A DNA stretch of 64,000 bases from an uncultured bacterium (GTDB lineage: Bacteria > Zixibacteria > MSB-5A5 > UBA10806). Below are positions 9,815 to 19,800 of the stretch, one piece after another; within the stretch, counting starts at the first letter, position 1, and each line of letters starts with the position of its first letter. The translations under genes and the position numbers were made by a program. The notes under the pieces are model-generated. The model saw nothing but the letters and a program-made list of their open reading frames with translations. It had not been told where the DNA came from and did not search any database. The stretch spans positions 352,001 through 416,000 of the forward strand of contig CBEUCH010000001.1 in assembly GCA_965541585.1 (NCBI GenBank). Reading direction: 5' to 3'.

Positions 9815-11143
9815 TTATTCTATTGGCCTTTCGGTCGTTTTTGTCCGGAATTGATTTCCTGCGTAACGAACCGCAATAATCCAGATTAGCACGACAGCGG
9901 CTGTTCCCAGTGACAGCCAGCGGATACTGGAGAATTCGGTAAAAATCGACGTGATCGCCAGGCTCACCCCGACGGCGATAACCTTGGCAAACCTCTGCAC
10001 AAACATATCTATGAAGGCCTTGGCCTTATACTTCTCGTCGCGGCTGGTGGGAACATAAAGCGTTTCCTTGGCCGATTGATTTATGGAGTAGGAGAAGCCG
10101 TTGTCTGCAGTGTTCAAGAAGCTACCCATCCATAGAATGGGCATCGCCATAAAACCGGCAGAGCCGACCAGGATTGCTACCGGCAGAATCATTAAGGCCG
10201 TTTTTACCCCAAATCTGGTCATTATGAAGCTTGTGAGGAAAAGCTGCACCAGCAGCGAGACCCAATTTGTAATCGAGAAAACGGTTGAGAATTGTTTCCC
10301 AATGGCAGGGCCGTCCAGATAATGTTCGATGGTGGCGGTGAACTGAAAATCCATCATAGTGGAGACGATCTCATATAAGCCCACGATGGCGACTATGGAG
10401 AGCAAATACCGGGAGTTAAAAACCAACCTGGCGCCCTCGATAGCGGGATTGCCTGCCTGTTTCTTAGCATCATCTTTCGGTTTTGGGTGCTCCGGAGGAG
10501 GGTTCTTTTTTACAAGGCTGCCCGCAATAGCGGCAATGGCAGTTATCAACAAGGCGAAACCAACACAAATCCATAACCAGTATGCCAGGGAAACCTGCTC
10601 GATCCAGATCCTGACAAAAGTGCTGCCGAATACGCCGCCGGTTACACCTCCCAGGCCTACCAGTCCGTAAAGACGCCTGGCTGATTCAGGGGTGACGCTG
10701 TCATTCAAGAACGCAAAAAACGTACCCACCATCAGGGTGCTGAAAAGATCGCCAAATAGATAGAACGACCATACAGTTATGTCGCCGGGGTTATTCGCTG
10801 CCAATAATATATAGGCGAAATATCCGAAAATGAAGAATCCTGAAAAAATAAATGTTAGTTGCTGCCTGCGGAACCTGCGGGCCAGGTAAGTGAATACTGC
10901 CACTGCAAAGAAGGCGACGACCATGTTGAGCACCTTTGCCAGGAGCTCAGCCTGCGAACCTCTCAGGTGCCACGATAACAGGTCGAAACCGGTTTGATCG
11001 TAGAATTGGATGAAGAGAGATTTTTTAATCGGCTTGAGAATCCAGAAGCTGGTAATTACCAGGAAGAAATAAGAGAACATCAGAAGTGATAAAGGCAGTT
11101 CCTCTCGCCTGATGTTCATTATTGCTCTCAGCGGATTTGCCAT
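9815..11143 (-). CDS. NTT/TLC family nucleotide transporter (stand-alone MFS domain)
   Basis: ILKPIKKSLF, FFAFLND..ARRLYGLVG, MDFQF and YSINQSAKETLYVP..KYKAKAFID motifs typical of Npt1/Npt2-like carriers. Confidence 0.85.
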   Translation of the reverse strand: MANPLRAIMNIRREELPLSLLMFSYFFLVITSFWILKPIKKSLFIQFYDQTGFDLLSWHLRGSQAELLAKVLNMVVAFFAVAVFTYLARRFRRQQLTFIFSGFFIFGYFAYILLAANNPGDITVWSFYLFGDLFSTLMVGTFFAFLNDSVTPESARRLYGLVGLGGVTGGVFGSTFVRIWIEQVSLAYWLWICVGFALLITAIAAIAGSLVKKNPPPEHPKPKDDAKKQAGNPAIEGARLVFNSRYLLSIVAIVGLYEIVSTMMDFQFTATIEHYLDGPAIGKQFSTVFSITNWVSLLVQLFLTSFIMTRFGVKTALMILPVAILVGSAGFMAMPILWMGSFLNTADNGFSYSINQSAKETLYVPTSRDEKYKAKAFIDMFVQRFAKVIAVGVSLAITSIFTEFSSIRWLSLGTAAVVLIWIIAVRYAGNQFRTKTTERPIE

Positions 11144-11249
11144 TATTGGCCTCGCAAACTGCTGAATTCTGTCTGAATTTGTTTAAAAAGACAGGGCATA
11201 TCGATAATCCGAAAAGAAATTATAGCATATTCCGTCAGGGCTTTCACAA

Positions 11250-12509
11250 TTATCTGTCGATAATCCGGAATTCATCGATCAACGGATCAGCCAATATTGA
11301 ATCGCCGGTTGCCTCGAATATCTTTACTGAAAGAACATCTTCATAGATATTTACCAGACTGTAATGATATTCTTGCAGCTGCTTTAGCTGTCTGACGTTT
11401 AAACCCTTAGCCTCGAAATCCTGTGCATATGAATTCAGGGCTTCGGAATCCGCTATCGGCATCAATGGAGCACCGCCTCCGCCGCCGACAATGAAATGAA
11501 TTTCTTGGCCTGGTGTTGCGGCGGAGCTATCGGCATACAGGACGTTGTGCTGGTAGAAATGATCGTGCCCTGAAAAAACCAGACGGACGCCATATTCTTC
11601 GAAGAGGTCTATTAATTTTCCGCGCTTGTTCAGCAGGTCTCTGCCATTGGATTTCTGATGCCAATCGTTATGATGTCTTCCAAAAGAGATGGGCGGCTGG
11701 TGTATGGCGACTATCTTAAAGGGCACGTTGCGGGATGAAAGTTGCTTTTCCAACCACGATGGTTTGTCATCATCGGGATCGGAGACGAACCATTTTTTGA
11801 AAAGCTCATCCTGCAGGTCATCATCGATATGACCCTTCTGGTCGAGGATGAAGTTGGCATCGACTACGAATAGCGCCCCGTCGGGGAAATCGATCACATA
11901 AAATCGAGGATATTGGAATATTGCCTGATAGTTTTTTAAGCCGAAGGTTGTGTCGTTAGCCCTTTCATGATTGCCGATTGCCGGGACGAAAGGGATCTCG
12001 TTCAGCAGGGGATGCTCAACCTTATTCATGTTCAAAAAACGGACCCAGTGCTCAGGTCGCCTGCCATCGTGAGCACAGATATCTCCGGTATTTAGAATAA
12101 AATCGACCTTGTTGCTCGTAGCGGCATGGTAAATAGCATCACGTACCATACGTTGCTCGTTAGCGGCATAATCAGGTTTGTGCCTGAACCAGTTAATCCC
12201 GCCAATGACGCCATTACCAAGCCAGTAGAGCTCGTAGAAAGGGAAGATTAGCATTTTCCAGGTTGCCCAATTATCTTTCCGGATAAATCTTTCGTAAGCG
12301 CGCCAGCCGGCCTGGTTGTCACTGTATACGAGAAACGTGGGATTTTCCCGGAGGGGCTCGTCGGCCAACAGTTTCGGTACCCGATAAAAGCTCTCGGGAT
12401 ATTTTTCAGAGATAAGTCCCACACGGGCGCAGTTGAAACTCAACATAAAAGACAGCAACACTATAAAGATAGTGATTCGAGAAGGAATATTGTGCTTTTG
12501 GCTTATCAC
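11250..12509 (-). CDS. Exported calcineurin-like metallophosphoesterase (purple acid phosphatase-like)
   Basis: Motifs SDNQ, GDIC, GNHE, HQPP and GHDH. N-terminal hydrophobic signal ending SFNC (possible lipoprotein). Confidence 0.88.
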   Translation of the reverse strand: MISQKHNIPSRITIFIVLLSFMLSFNCARVGLISEKYPESFYRVPKLLADEPLRENPTFLVYSDNQAGWRAYERFIRKDNWATWKMLIFPFYELYWLGNGVIGGINWFRHKPDYAANEQRMVRDAIYHAATSNKVDFILNTGDICAHDGRRPEHWVRFLNMNKVEHPLLNEIPFVPAIGNHERANDTTFGLKNYQAIFQYPRFYVIDFPDGALFVVDANFILDQKGHIDDDLQDELFKKWFVSDPDDDKPSWLEKQLSSRNVPFKIVAIHQPPISFGRHHNDWHQKSNGRDLLNKRGKLIDLFEEYGVRLVFSGHDHFYQHNVLYADSSAATPGQEIHFIVGGGGGAPLMPIADSEALNSYAQDFEAKGLNVRQLKQLQEYHYSLVNIYEDVLSVKIFEATGDSILADPLIDEFRIIDR

Positions 12510-12519
12510 CTATTGAAGC

Positions 12520-14238
12520 TCATTCCTGGCGTCTCAGGCCTATTAGAGTGTATTCGCCCGAGATTATATCATACTGAAGGTAGACCTTTACCCATCTGCT
12601 CCATTTTCCGTTCCCGTTCCGCTCGACCCTCAGGGCGAATTCCAGCTGATAGTTCTCGTCAGTGGGAAGGTCACCAGGTATCTCAATAGACGTTGAATTT
12701 CCAAGATCTTTATCTTTTCTGAATATTTCTCCATTGATTCTCAGATCATAACGGTACCTGGCCAGGTTTTTTGATTCGAGATTTCTATCAACGGCGAGAT
12801 CGACGAAACTGAGCTTCTGCGCGCCTTCCGGATCTTTATCCAGCTCGAAATAGTCAAGCGGATTAACTTTAGAAAACCAGTGGCGTCCGATAATATCCCT
12901 GCGTTGCTTCAAAGTCTCCAGCAGATAAGCCTCTGCCTCGGGATCGCTGTATTTCCCCTGCCTGGCGACGGTTTCAAGTTGCTCATCGGTAAACGACGTG
13001 ACAAGCTTTGCGCCCCAGTAACCGTCGAGATCAGTCATCAGGTCGAATGCTGGATTCGGTATATTGCTCTTGAACTTGCCTGGTTCGAAGAAATCCGATT
13101 TATAGCGACCGATTGAAGTGAATTGAAAATCGGTGTCTTTTTCCCATCCTTCCACGTTTAAGCCCAGGCTGAGAGTATTTTCCATAATATCCCTGGGATC
13201 GAACTGGTTCACGAATCCTGCCTCCGGTGAAAATGGACTATGAGCGGCGCTTCCCAGAGTCGAACCGAAATCGATGAGAAAATGCCTGACATAGCTTTTG
13301 CCATTCTCAGTTACGTAGGAATCGAGGGAGTTCCCGTCTTTGGTATCGGTGTGCTTGAGCCAGGCGCTCATCACCTTCAAGCCGCGCAATTCCCTGCGAT
13401 GCTGGTGTGGTATGAGATCATTCGGATCATCTTCTCTGAAGCCCTGGTATCTGAACGGCCCGATTGGTGTACCGGGGACGTATTTGCTGGCCAGGGCACG
13501 TATGCGGCCGTCCGGAAGAATTTCGATCTTTTTCAAAATCCTTTCCAGATCCTCCCCGGTCATAAAAGCCTTATGGCCCTTCTCATCTATGAATTTAACA
13601 TCCCCTTCCAGTCTCAGAATATCCGGATGAAAATAGACAAGGTAGTTTTCAGGCGTGTTATATCCGGCGGCATAGAACAGCTTGGTCGAGATGACCTCGG
13701 CGCCGGTCGCGAGTTCGGAATATCCTTTCGGGTCGAATTTTATCAAATACATTTCGCCCTTGGTATCCCTTATGGTGAACCCGGGTGTTACTCCCTCCAG
13801 CTTGGCCCGTATGATTGTCCAGACACCGTTGACTTCGGGGCCGCTTCCTTCGTTGGGCCCTCCGGCAATATCCTCCAGGTTTAGACGTTTTATTGCATTT
13901 CTATTCGTGAACCAGCTGGAATTGTCAACCTCATCAAACGAATTAAGGTTTAAAGCCTGTTTCGGCCGTCCCGCCAGATGTCTTAGCTGACGGGAGAAAT
14001 CCAGAGATTCTCTTACCTGCTGGAACGCAACCTTGTCTATAACATCGTATATAAGAGGGATTTTTCTCGATTCGGGCTGGCGAGGAACGTGTTTGGTGTC
14101 ATCGGGTATCGCGGGCGAGGGAACAAATAGATTCCGGCCGGAGCAGCCGGAGAAAATACCGAAAGCAACCAGCACCAAAATCGATGCAGTGATAGGAGAC
14201 GAGAATATGTGGTGAGATTTTAAATCCGTCTTAGCCAT
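12520..14238 (-). CDS. Predicted lipoprotein with protein-kinase-like (PKL) catalytic motifs
   Basis: Signal peptide with FSGC lipobox. In order: EGVTPG loop, YLIKFD (beta3 Lys), AEV (alphaC Glu), HTDTKDGN (DxKxxN catalytic loop), IDFG (Mg-binding). Confidence 0.75.
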   Translation of the reverse strand: MAKTDLKSHHIFSSPITASILVLVAFGIFSGCSGRNLFVPSPAIPDDTKHVPRQPESRKIPLIYDVIDKVAFQQVRESLDFSRQLRHLAGRPKQALNLNSFDEVDNSSWFTNRNAIKRLNLEDIAGGPNEGSGPEVNGVWTIIRAKLEGVTPGFTIRDTKGEMYLIKFDPKGYSELATGAEVISTKLFYAAGYNTPENYLVYFHPDILRLEGDVKFIDEKGHKAFMTGEDLERILKKIEILPDGRIRALASKYVPGTPIGPFRYQGFREDDPNDLIPHQHRRELRGLKVMSAWLKHTDTKDGNSLDSYVTENGKSYVRHFLIDFGSTLGSAAHSPFSPEAGFVNQFDPRDIMENTLSLGLNVEGWEKDTDFQFTSIGRYKSDFFEPGKFKSNIPNPAFDLMTDLDGYWGAKLVTSFTDEQLETVARQGKYSDPEAEAYLLETLKQRRDIIGRHWFSKVNPLDYFELDKDPEGAQKLSFVDLAVDRNLESKNLARYRYDLRINGEIFRKDKDLGNSTSIEIPGDLPTDENYQLEFALRVERNGNGKWSRWVKVYLQYDIISGEYTLIGLRRQE

Positions 14239-14256
14239 CGATTCAGTCTATCATTC

Positions 14257-15537
14257 TTAGTTAAGGTCAAGGTGGATACGGACAAGGTCGCGACTCTTGC
14301 CGGCCTGTAATGTTACCAGGTTGCCGTCCCGCTTCCAGATACGAATTCCGCCCCCGAACGTAACTTCGAAGTCATCGCCGGAAATATGGTCGAATATGTC
14401 GGGCGCGACCTGACCGGCATCAACAAACACAAAAGCGTCCAGATTCCGGGGCATTATGGGGTAACGATACTCTACGGAGCCGATCATGCTGTCGCGATCC
14501 CGGAATCGTCCCCGTTTTAATCCTCGAATCGTTTCCGTTCTTCCGATTTCACTCATGTGATAAAACGGGATTTCTTTGCCGGATATCGGCTCTGATTTCC
14601 GGGCGGCAAAACGCACCACGAGATACCGGCCATAGAATAGATGGATGTAACGAGCGATGTCCGCTGTGGCTGCAAAAAAGCCGTACCGGTCGCCCCCGGT
14701 CTGGCGAAAGGCTTCTCCGGAGAACTCAATTTCCCAACCACCGGTGGGTTTCCCGGGGTGATTTCTGGAATCGTAATGAATCGAAAGCCCTGCGCCATAT
14801 AGCTCGACGCCGGTCTCCAATCCCGGCAATGAGCTGCCGAATTGGACGGTTGTGGATGGAGTACTTGAGTCCTTTCCCTTCAAAATGCTGTTTCGTTCAT
14901 AGAAAATAGAAATATCCGCTGCCGCTTTTCCCCCAAATCTCCTTCCGAGGGAAAGTCCCGCCCTCACCTGCTCAAATGCAAAATTGGTTTCGTCATCTTT
15001 GCCGGTACTCATTCCGATTCCATAGAATGCCTCATCAGGCATAAGGGTATATTGAGTTGTCAGACCGGCCTCCAGGGCTCCGTCCGCAATATCAATTCTT
15101 CTCAAGCGAAACCTGTATCGTTGTCGCCATCTCAATCCTGCAGTTGCCGCCAGATCGAGTCTTGACTGATCGGAGATAAGACCCTTTTGATAATATTTCA
15201 ACCCGCCACCGGAACGGGATGCGTATTTTGGTACGAGCCCCCTGCTGCCGTCATCGGCGACCATGAAATCTGCCAATTCCACAACAAACGGGACCTCAAA
15301 ACTGATTCCGGTGACGAGATCTACACCTTTGAGTACAATATGGAAAGGCAAATAGAGCAATTTCCCCGGCGCCGAGACGATTCTTTCCCAGGTCGAATGA
15401 CCTGGAAATCTATCAGGGTGGTTTTCTGTCGCATTTGTATCGGGCGGCGATTGTGGATCGACCCGTTCCGAGAGCGCCTGTTCGGAAACTATAGGAGCAA
15501 ACGCAAGCAGAAGAGAAATGGAGATTATTTTTTTCAC
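14257..15537 (-). CDS. Omp85/BamA-TamA family outer-membrane beta-barrel, no obvious POTRA domains
   Basis: Signal peptide (VKKIISISLLLAFA), amphipathic beta strands, and Omp85 hallmarks YDSRN, TIRGL (VRGF-like), SVEYRYPI, FVDAGQV and GGGIR. GTG start chosen; the ORF extends to 15594. Confidence 0.82.
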   Translation of the reverse strand: MKKIISISLLLAFAPIVSEQALSERVDPQSPPDTNATENHPDRFPGHSTWERIVSAPGKLLYLPFHIVLKGVDLVTGISFEVPFVVELADFMVADDGSRGLVPKYASRSGGGLKYYQKGLISDQSRLDLAATAGLRWRQRYRFRLRRIDIADGALEAGLTTQYTLMPDEAFYGIGMSTGKDDETNFAFEQVRAGLSLGRRFGGKAAADISIFYERNSILKGKDSSTPSTTVQFGSSLPGLETGVELYGAGLSIHYDSRNHPGKPTGGWEIEFSGEAFRQTGGDRYGFFAATADIARYIHLFYGRYLVVRFAARKSEPISGKEIPFYHMSEIGRTETIRGLKRGRFRDRDSMIGSVEYRYPIMPRNLDAFVFVDAGQVAPDIFDHISGDDFEVTFGGGIRIWKRDGNLVTLQAGKSRDLVRIHLDLN

Positions 15538-15744
15538 TTTCTTAAGATCCTGTTTTCCTGAATTCTTCCAAAATGTAAATAAGCACGATGGCAACGCGAT
15601 CTGATTACGCTACCGTGCTCGCTTTATTGAATTGTAAAACCAATATAGTCGAGTCCTGGTTCCTTCAGACATCTCAGATGCCCGAACTTCTCGCGGCTGT
15701 GCTGAATAGAGTCCATAAGCTGTCTCCTGCCTTTCAGGCGACAA

Positions 15745-15773
15745 ATTATATCTAAGTCGCTTCCAAAGGTCAA
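15745..15773 (-). promoter_or_regulatory. Sigma70-type promoter upstream of the Omp85-kinase-phosphoesterase-NTT genes
   Basis: The minus strand reads TTGACC-N17-TATAAT. Confidence 0.65.
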
Positions 15774-15853
15774 TTTGGATTTCTGGCTTTATCTAAATGC
15801 AGATCAAACTATAATTCAGTTGATTATGAACACGGTTTCATTCCGGCAAGAGG

Positions 15854-16834
15854 CTAAAACTCGAAATGAATCGCGACGCCAATAGCATCTCCTTTTATCA
15901 TAGGAACAGTAACCAGGTTTGTCTTTCTATTTTCATGTAGCTTTATGACTGCGCTGGAAACAGCTATGCCGTAGATGGCGGCGATATAGACGTCGGATGG
16001 CCAGTGCGAATCCGATGTCACCCTCTGGAAAGCCACGGTTGTAGCGAGACCATAAAGAGTGAGCGTTGCCGGCCGGAATCTCAAGTGATGGGACAAAACA
16101 GTGGCCACCTGGAATATCGATGAGGCATGACCGGATGGAAACGACGTGCCCTTGTTGAACTCGAAGTTTCGCGGCCCCCTGCCATCGTGAGGGCGAGTCC
16201 GACCGACAACGATATTGGCCAGGTTTTTGACTCCACCCGCAATGAAATGAGATTCGAGGATTTGAGCCGATATTTCCATCAGAGGTCTGATTCTGAAAAC
16301 GTATCCGATTGCGAGGCCGCCAAAATAATACTTGTTGGTGTTACCCATCATGCCAATCGGTTCGAAAGTCTGGCCGATTCTTCTAAACGGCTTGTATAGT
16401 CTATCGTCCTGGTTGCGCTTTAGCCCGTCATAAATTTCCTGATCGTAGGCATAGAGTATTCCCGCTGTAGCCGTAAATGCTGTCAGCCAGTATGCGTCAC
16501 GCCGGCTTATCCTGGCGGGCGAGGAATAGATATGCCAGCTATCGGATAGATATATCTTTCCCATGTTGCCGAGATCCCGAAGCAAATGGCGTTTATTCTC
16601 GATTATCTGTTGCTCTTCCGCGCCGTTATCGTCAGAATATTGGCTGCTCATAAAGAGTAATTCCAGAGATCTCGTATATATGAACGGCGTCTCGGGGTAT
16701 ACACTGCTATATAGACGCGTAGGGAAAATCATTGAGTTTCTCCTGGCTTTCGATTCCTCAGCGATTGATTGCGAAATGCAAGATGTTGGCATTACAAGCA
16801 AGATTAATAAGACGCAGAACTTCTTATAATTCAT
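15854..16834 (-). CDS. PAP2-family phosphatase with N-terminal signal/lipoprotein-like leader
   Basis: C1 KNLANIVVGRTRP, C2 FPSGH and C3 RVTSDSHWPSD. Start taken at MNYKKF; the ORF extends to 16885. Confidence 0.88.
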   Translation of the reverse strand: MNYKKFCVLLILLVMPTSCISQSIAEESKARRNSMIFPTRLYSSVYPETPFIYTRSLELLFMSSQYSDDNGAEEQQIIENKRHLLRDLGNMGKIYLSDSWHIYSSPARISRRDAYWLTAFTATAGILYAYDQEIYDGLKRNQDDRLYKPFRRIGQTFEPIGMMGNTNKYYFGGLAIGYVFRIRPLMEISAQILESHFIAGGVKNLANIVVGRTRPHDGRGPRNFEFNKGTSFPSGHASSIFQVATVLSHHLRFRPATLTLYGLATTVAFQRVTSDSHWPSDVYIAAIYGIAVSSAVIKLHENRKTNLVTVPMIKGDAIGVAIHFEF

Positions 16835-16874
16835 ATGATCACTGTATTTATCAATGAATATTGGCGTTAAACGA

Positions 16875-19800
16875 TTACTTGTCATCTTCTACGGAATTTT
16901 CGCCCAGATCCATCGGCAAAATAATCGTAAATGTGGTTCCCCTTCCGACCTCGCTTTCCACCTTGATTTCGCCTCTGTGATCCTGGATTATCTGATAGCA
17001 AATGGAAAGCCCCAGCCCCGTGCCCACGCCGACGCCTTTGGTGGTGAAACCCGGATCGAAAACCCGCTTTAAATGTTCTGCAGATATGCCCGTACCATTG
17101 TCCTGAATTTCGATGAATACACTCTTGCCTTCTCTGTGGGTGGCTATTTTAATCTCGCCTTTATCCTTTATTGCCTGACTGGCGTTTACCAGCAGGTTTA
17201 GAAACACTTGATTGAGCGGTCCGGGATAGCAGGGAATAGGCGGGATATCGCCATAGTTCTTGATCACCACGGCCTTATGTTTTAATTCGTGGTGAATGAT
17301 GGTGAGAGTGTCTTCAAGCCCCTCGTGGATATCGGTTTTCTTCAGTTCGGCTTCGTCCAGTCGGGCAAAGCTTCTCAAGCGACGGACTATATTGGTTACT
17401 CTATCGGTGCCGGATTCGATGACCTTGTTGGCATCATCGATGATTCTGAGAATAGACTGCAGCTCCTGGTTTTGCTCGTACTGTTCCGATAAATTCGATC
17501 TGAGGATACCTTTGAGTTTTCGAGTAGAGCGGACGAGTGTATCGTGCATGCTGTTGACCGCACCAATTGGGGTATTGATTTCGTGTGCGATACCGGCTAC
17601 CAGCAGGCCCAGTGATGCCATTTTTTCGGATTGAATAAGCTGAATCTGGGTCTCTTTTAGGTGCTTATTGGCTTGAGCGAGATCTTCCAGGACCTTCATT
17701 TTTTCGGTGATATCATGGGCAACGCCGATGTAGGAAACCACATTTCCGTTCTCGTCTTTAAGCGGTGATGCACTTGACGTATGCCACCTCCAGCTTCCAT
17801 CCTTGTGCTTTACGCGGTATTCTATACCGCTCATGGTTTCACCAGCCATAACCTTCTCGAAGTAATCCATACAGGCCTGCAAGTCGTCCGGATGGACGAA
17901 CAGTGCAAAGGACGATCCCTGAACCTCTGAAACATCGTGCCCCAGTATGGAGGTCCAGTTGGGTGGGACATAAGAAAACACTCCCTCGGGTGTGAGAGAA
18001 TAGATGATATCGTTAGCTTTTTCCACCAGATTTCTGAACCGCTCCTCGCTGGCCTGAAGCGCTTCTTCAGCCCTTTTGCGTTTAGAGATGTCGCGTCCCA
18101 TTCCCGCAAAACAGATCAATTCTCCGGAATCGTCATAAATAGGAAAGAGGGACAGATCGATATCGATATTATCGCCCTTCTTATTGTGAATTTTTATCTC
18201 GCCTCGAAATGAATCCTTTTTGGCTATCGCCTCATCAACGGCCGCGAGACTTTCATCGCAAATGAACTCGGCGAGGGATTTGCCATATAATTCGTCATCG
18301 GAAAATCCGCTATATTGCCTGTGTGCGGGATTTCGCTCTATTATTTTGCCATCGGGATCTATAAGGGTGATGCCATCGCTTGTGTGCATGAAAATCTCTT
18401 TGTAGAGTTTGAGCTTTTCTTCAGCCTCCCTTTGCTCTGTGACATCTATGCCACTTGCGATTATATATTCTACATCGCCATCGTCATTTGTAAGGGCGGT
18501 ATTGGACCAGGCGATGAGCCTTCTGGAACCGTCTTTGGTCAGCCAATAATTTTCATGGGTATTTGGGAAATGGCCGGCCTTGAGACTCTTAAATATATTC
18601 CTTACCTGCTCCAACTCTTCGGCGATTAAGAATAAATCCCAGACATGTTTGCCCCTTACCTCGTCGAATCTATAGCCCGTTGTATCCTGGCAAGCCTGAT
18701 TGAACTGAACGATGCATCCATCCGAATCGAGAACCACCACCAGAGCGCCTGCCGTATCCAGTACGGCGCTGACGAAATTGCGCTCCCAGCGGAGCGCTTC
18801 TTCCATCTGTTTTCTTTGATGAATATCATGGATGCCCCCGATGATAGATGGTTCTCCGCCCATTTCAGCTATTACCAGCGAGAATATGGCCCAGAATACA
18901 GTACCATCCAGCTTCTTCAATCGGACCTCAAAGTTTTTAAGATAGCCATCCCTTTGCAGTCTCTCGATCACGGTCTTTCTATCATCAGGATCATAATAGA
19001 AATCCGGTGACTTCCTGCCGATCAAATCTTTCGCGGTGGTCCCGATCAGCTGTCCCAGATGCTCGTTTGCGTACATTATCTCCCCATCGCCGAGCCGGGT
19101 AATGATCAATGGTACGGGTGAAGCTTCAATTATGGTATGTATCTGTTCTTCTGCCTTTTTCAGCCCCGTTACATCGGAGAATATCCATAACCGCCCCAGT
19201 TCCTGGTTGTTTTTATCCAGCACCGGCATGGAAAAAAGCGATATGATTCTGGATTTCGGTTTGGTCAGCAGGAACGATCTTTCTAATATCTTTTTAATCT
19301 CCATGTCATCATCGGATGAATCAGGATTTTCAGTCAACCTCTTACATAATCTTTCAAACCTATCCTGGTCTTTAACCAATCCTTTGATGCGATTAAGGAA
19401 GTCATTGATGTTGGTGTTAAATATCTTCTCTGTTTCGATGCCGAAATAATCCCTGGTGTAGCGGTTTCCGGCAGTAATTTTGCCCTCATTGTTAGCCATG
19501 AGTATAACGTTGGGGGATGAATCGAGGATGGCCTGCAATTCGTCTCTGCCTTTTGAAAGATCTTCGAGAAGCCTGCCCATCTGTAGATTTTTTTCTTCGA
19601 GTTGTTCCTGGATTGCCAGAAGATCGATATTGGCGCGGGCCAGTTCTATTGTGTTGCTTTCCAACTGCCTGGTTCTATCCGTAAGTTTTACGTTGGCTTC
19701 CTTTAAGGACTTCGTCCTCTCGATCACTTTTCTATCGAGCGATTGATATACCCTGATGTTATCCAGCGCCATTCCCACCATGTTGGCAAAAGTTTCAAAG

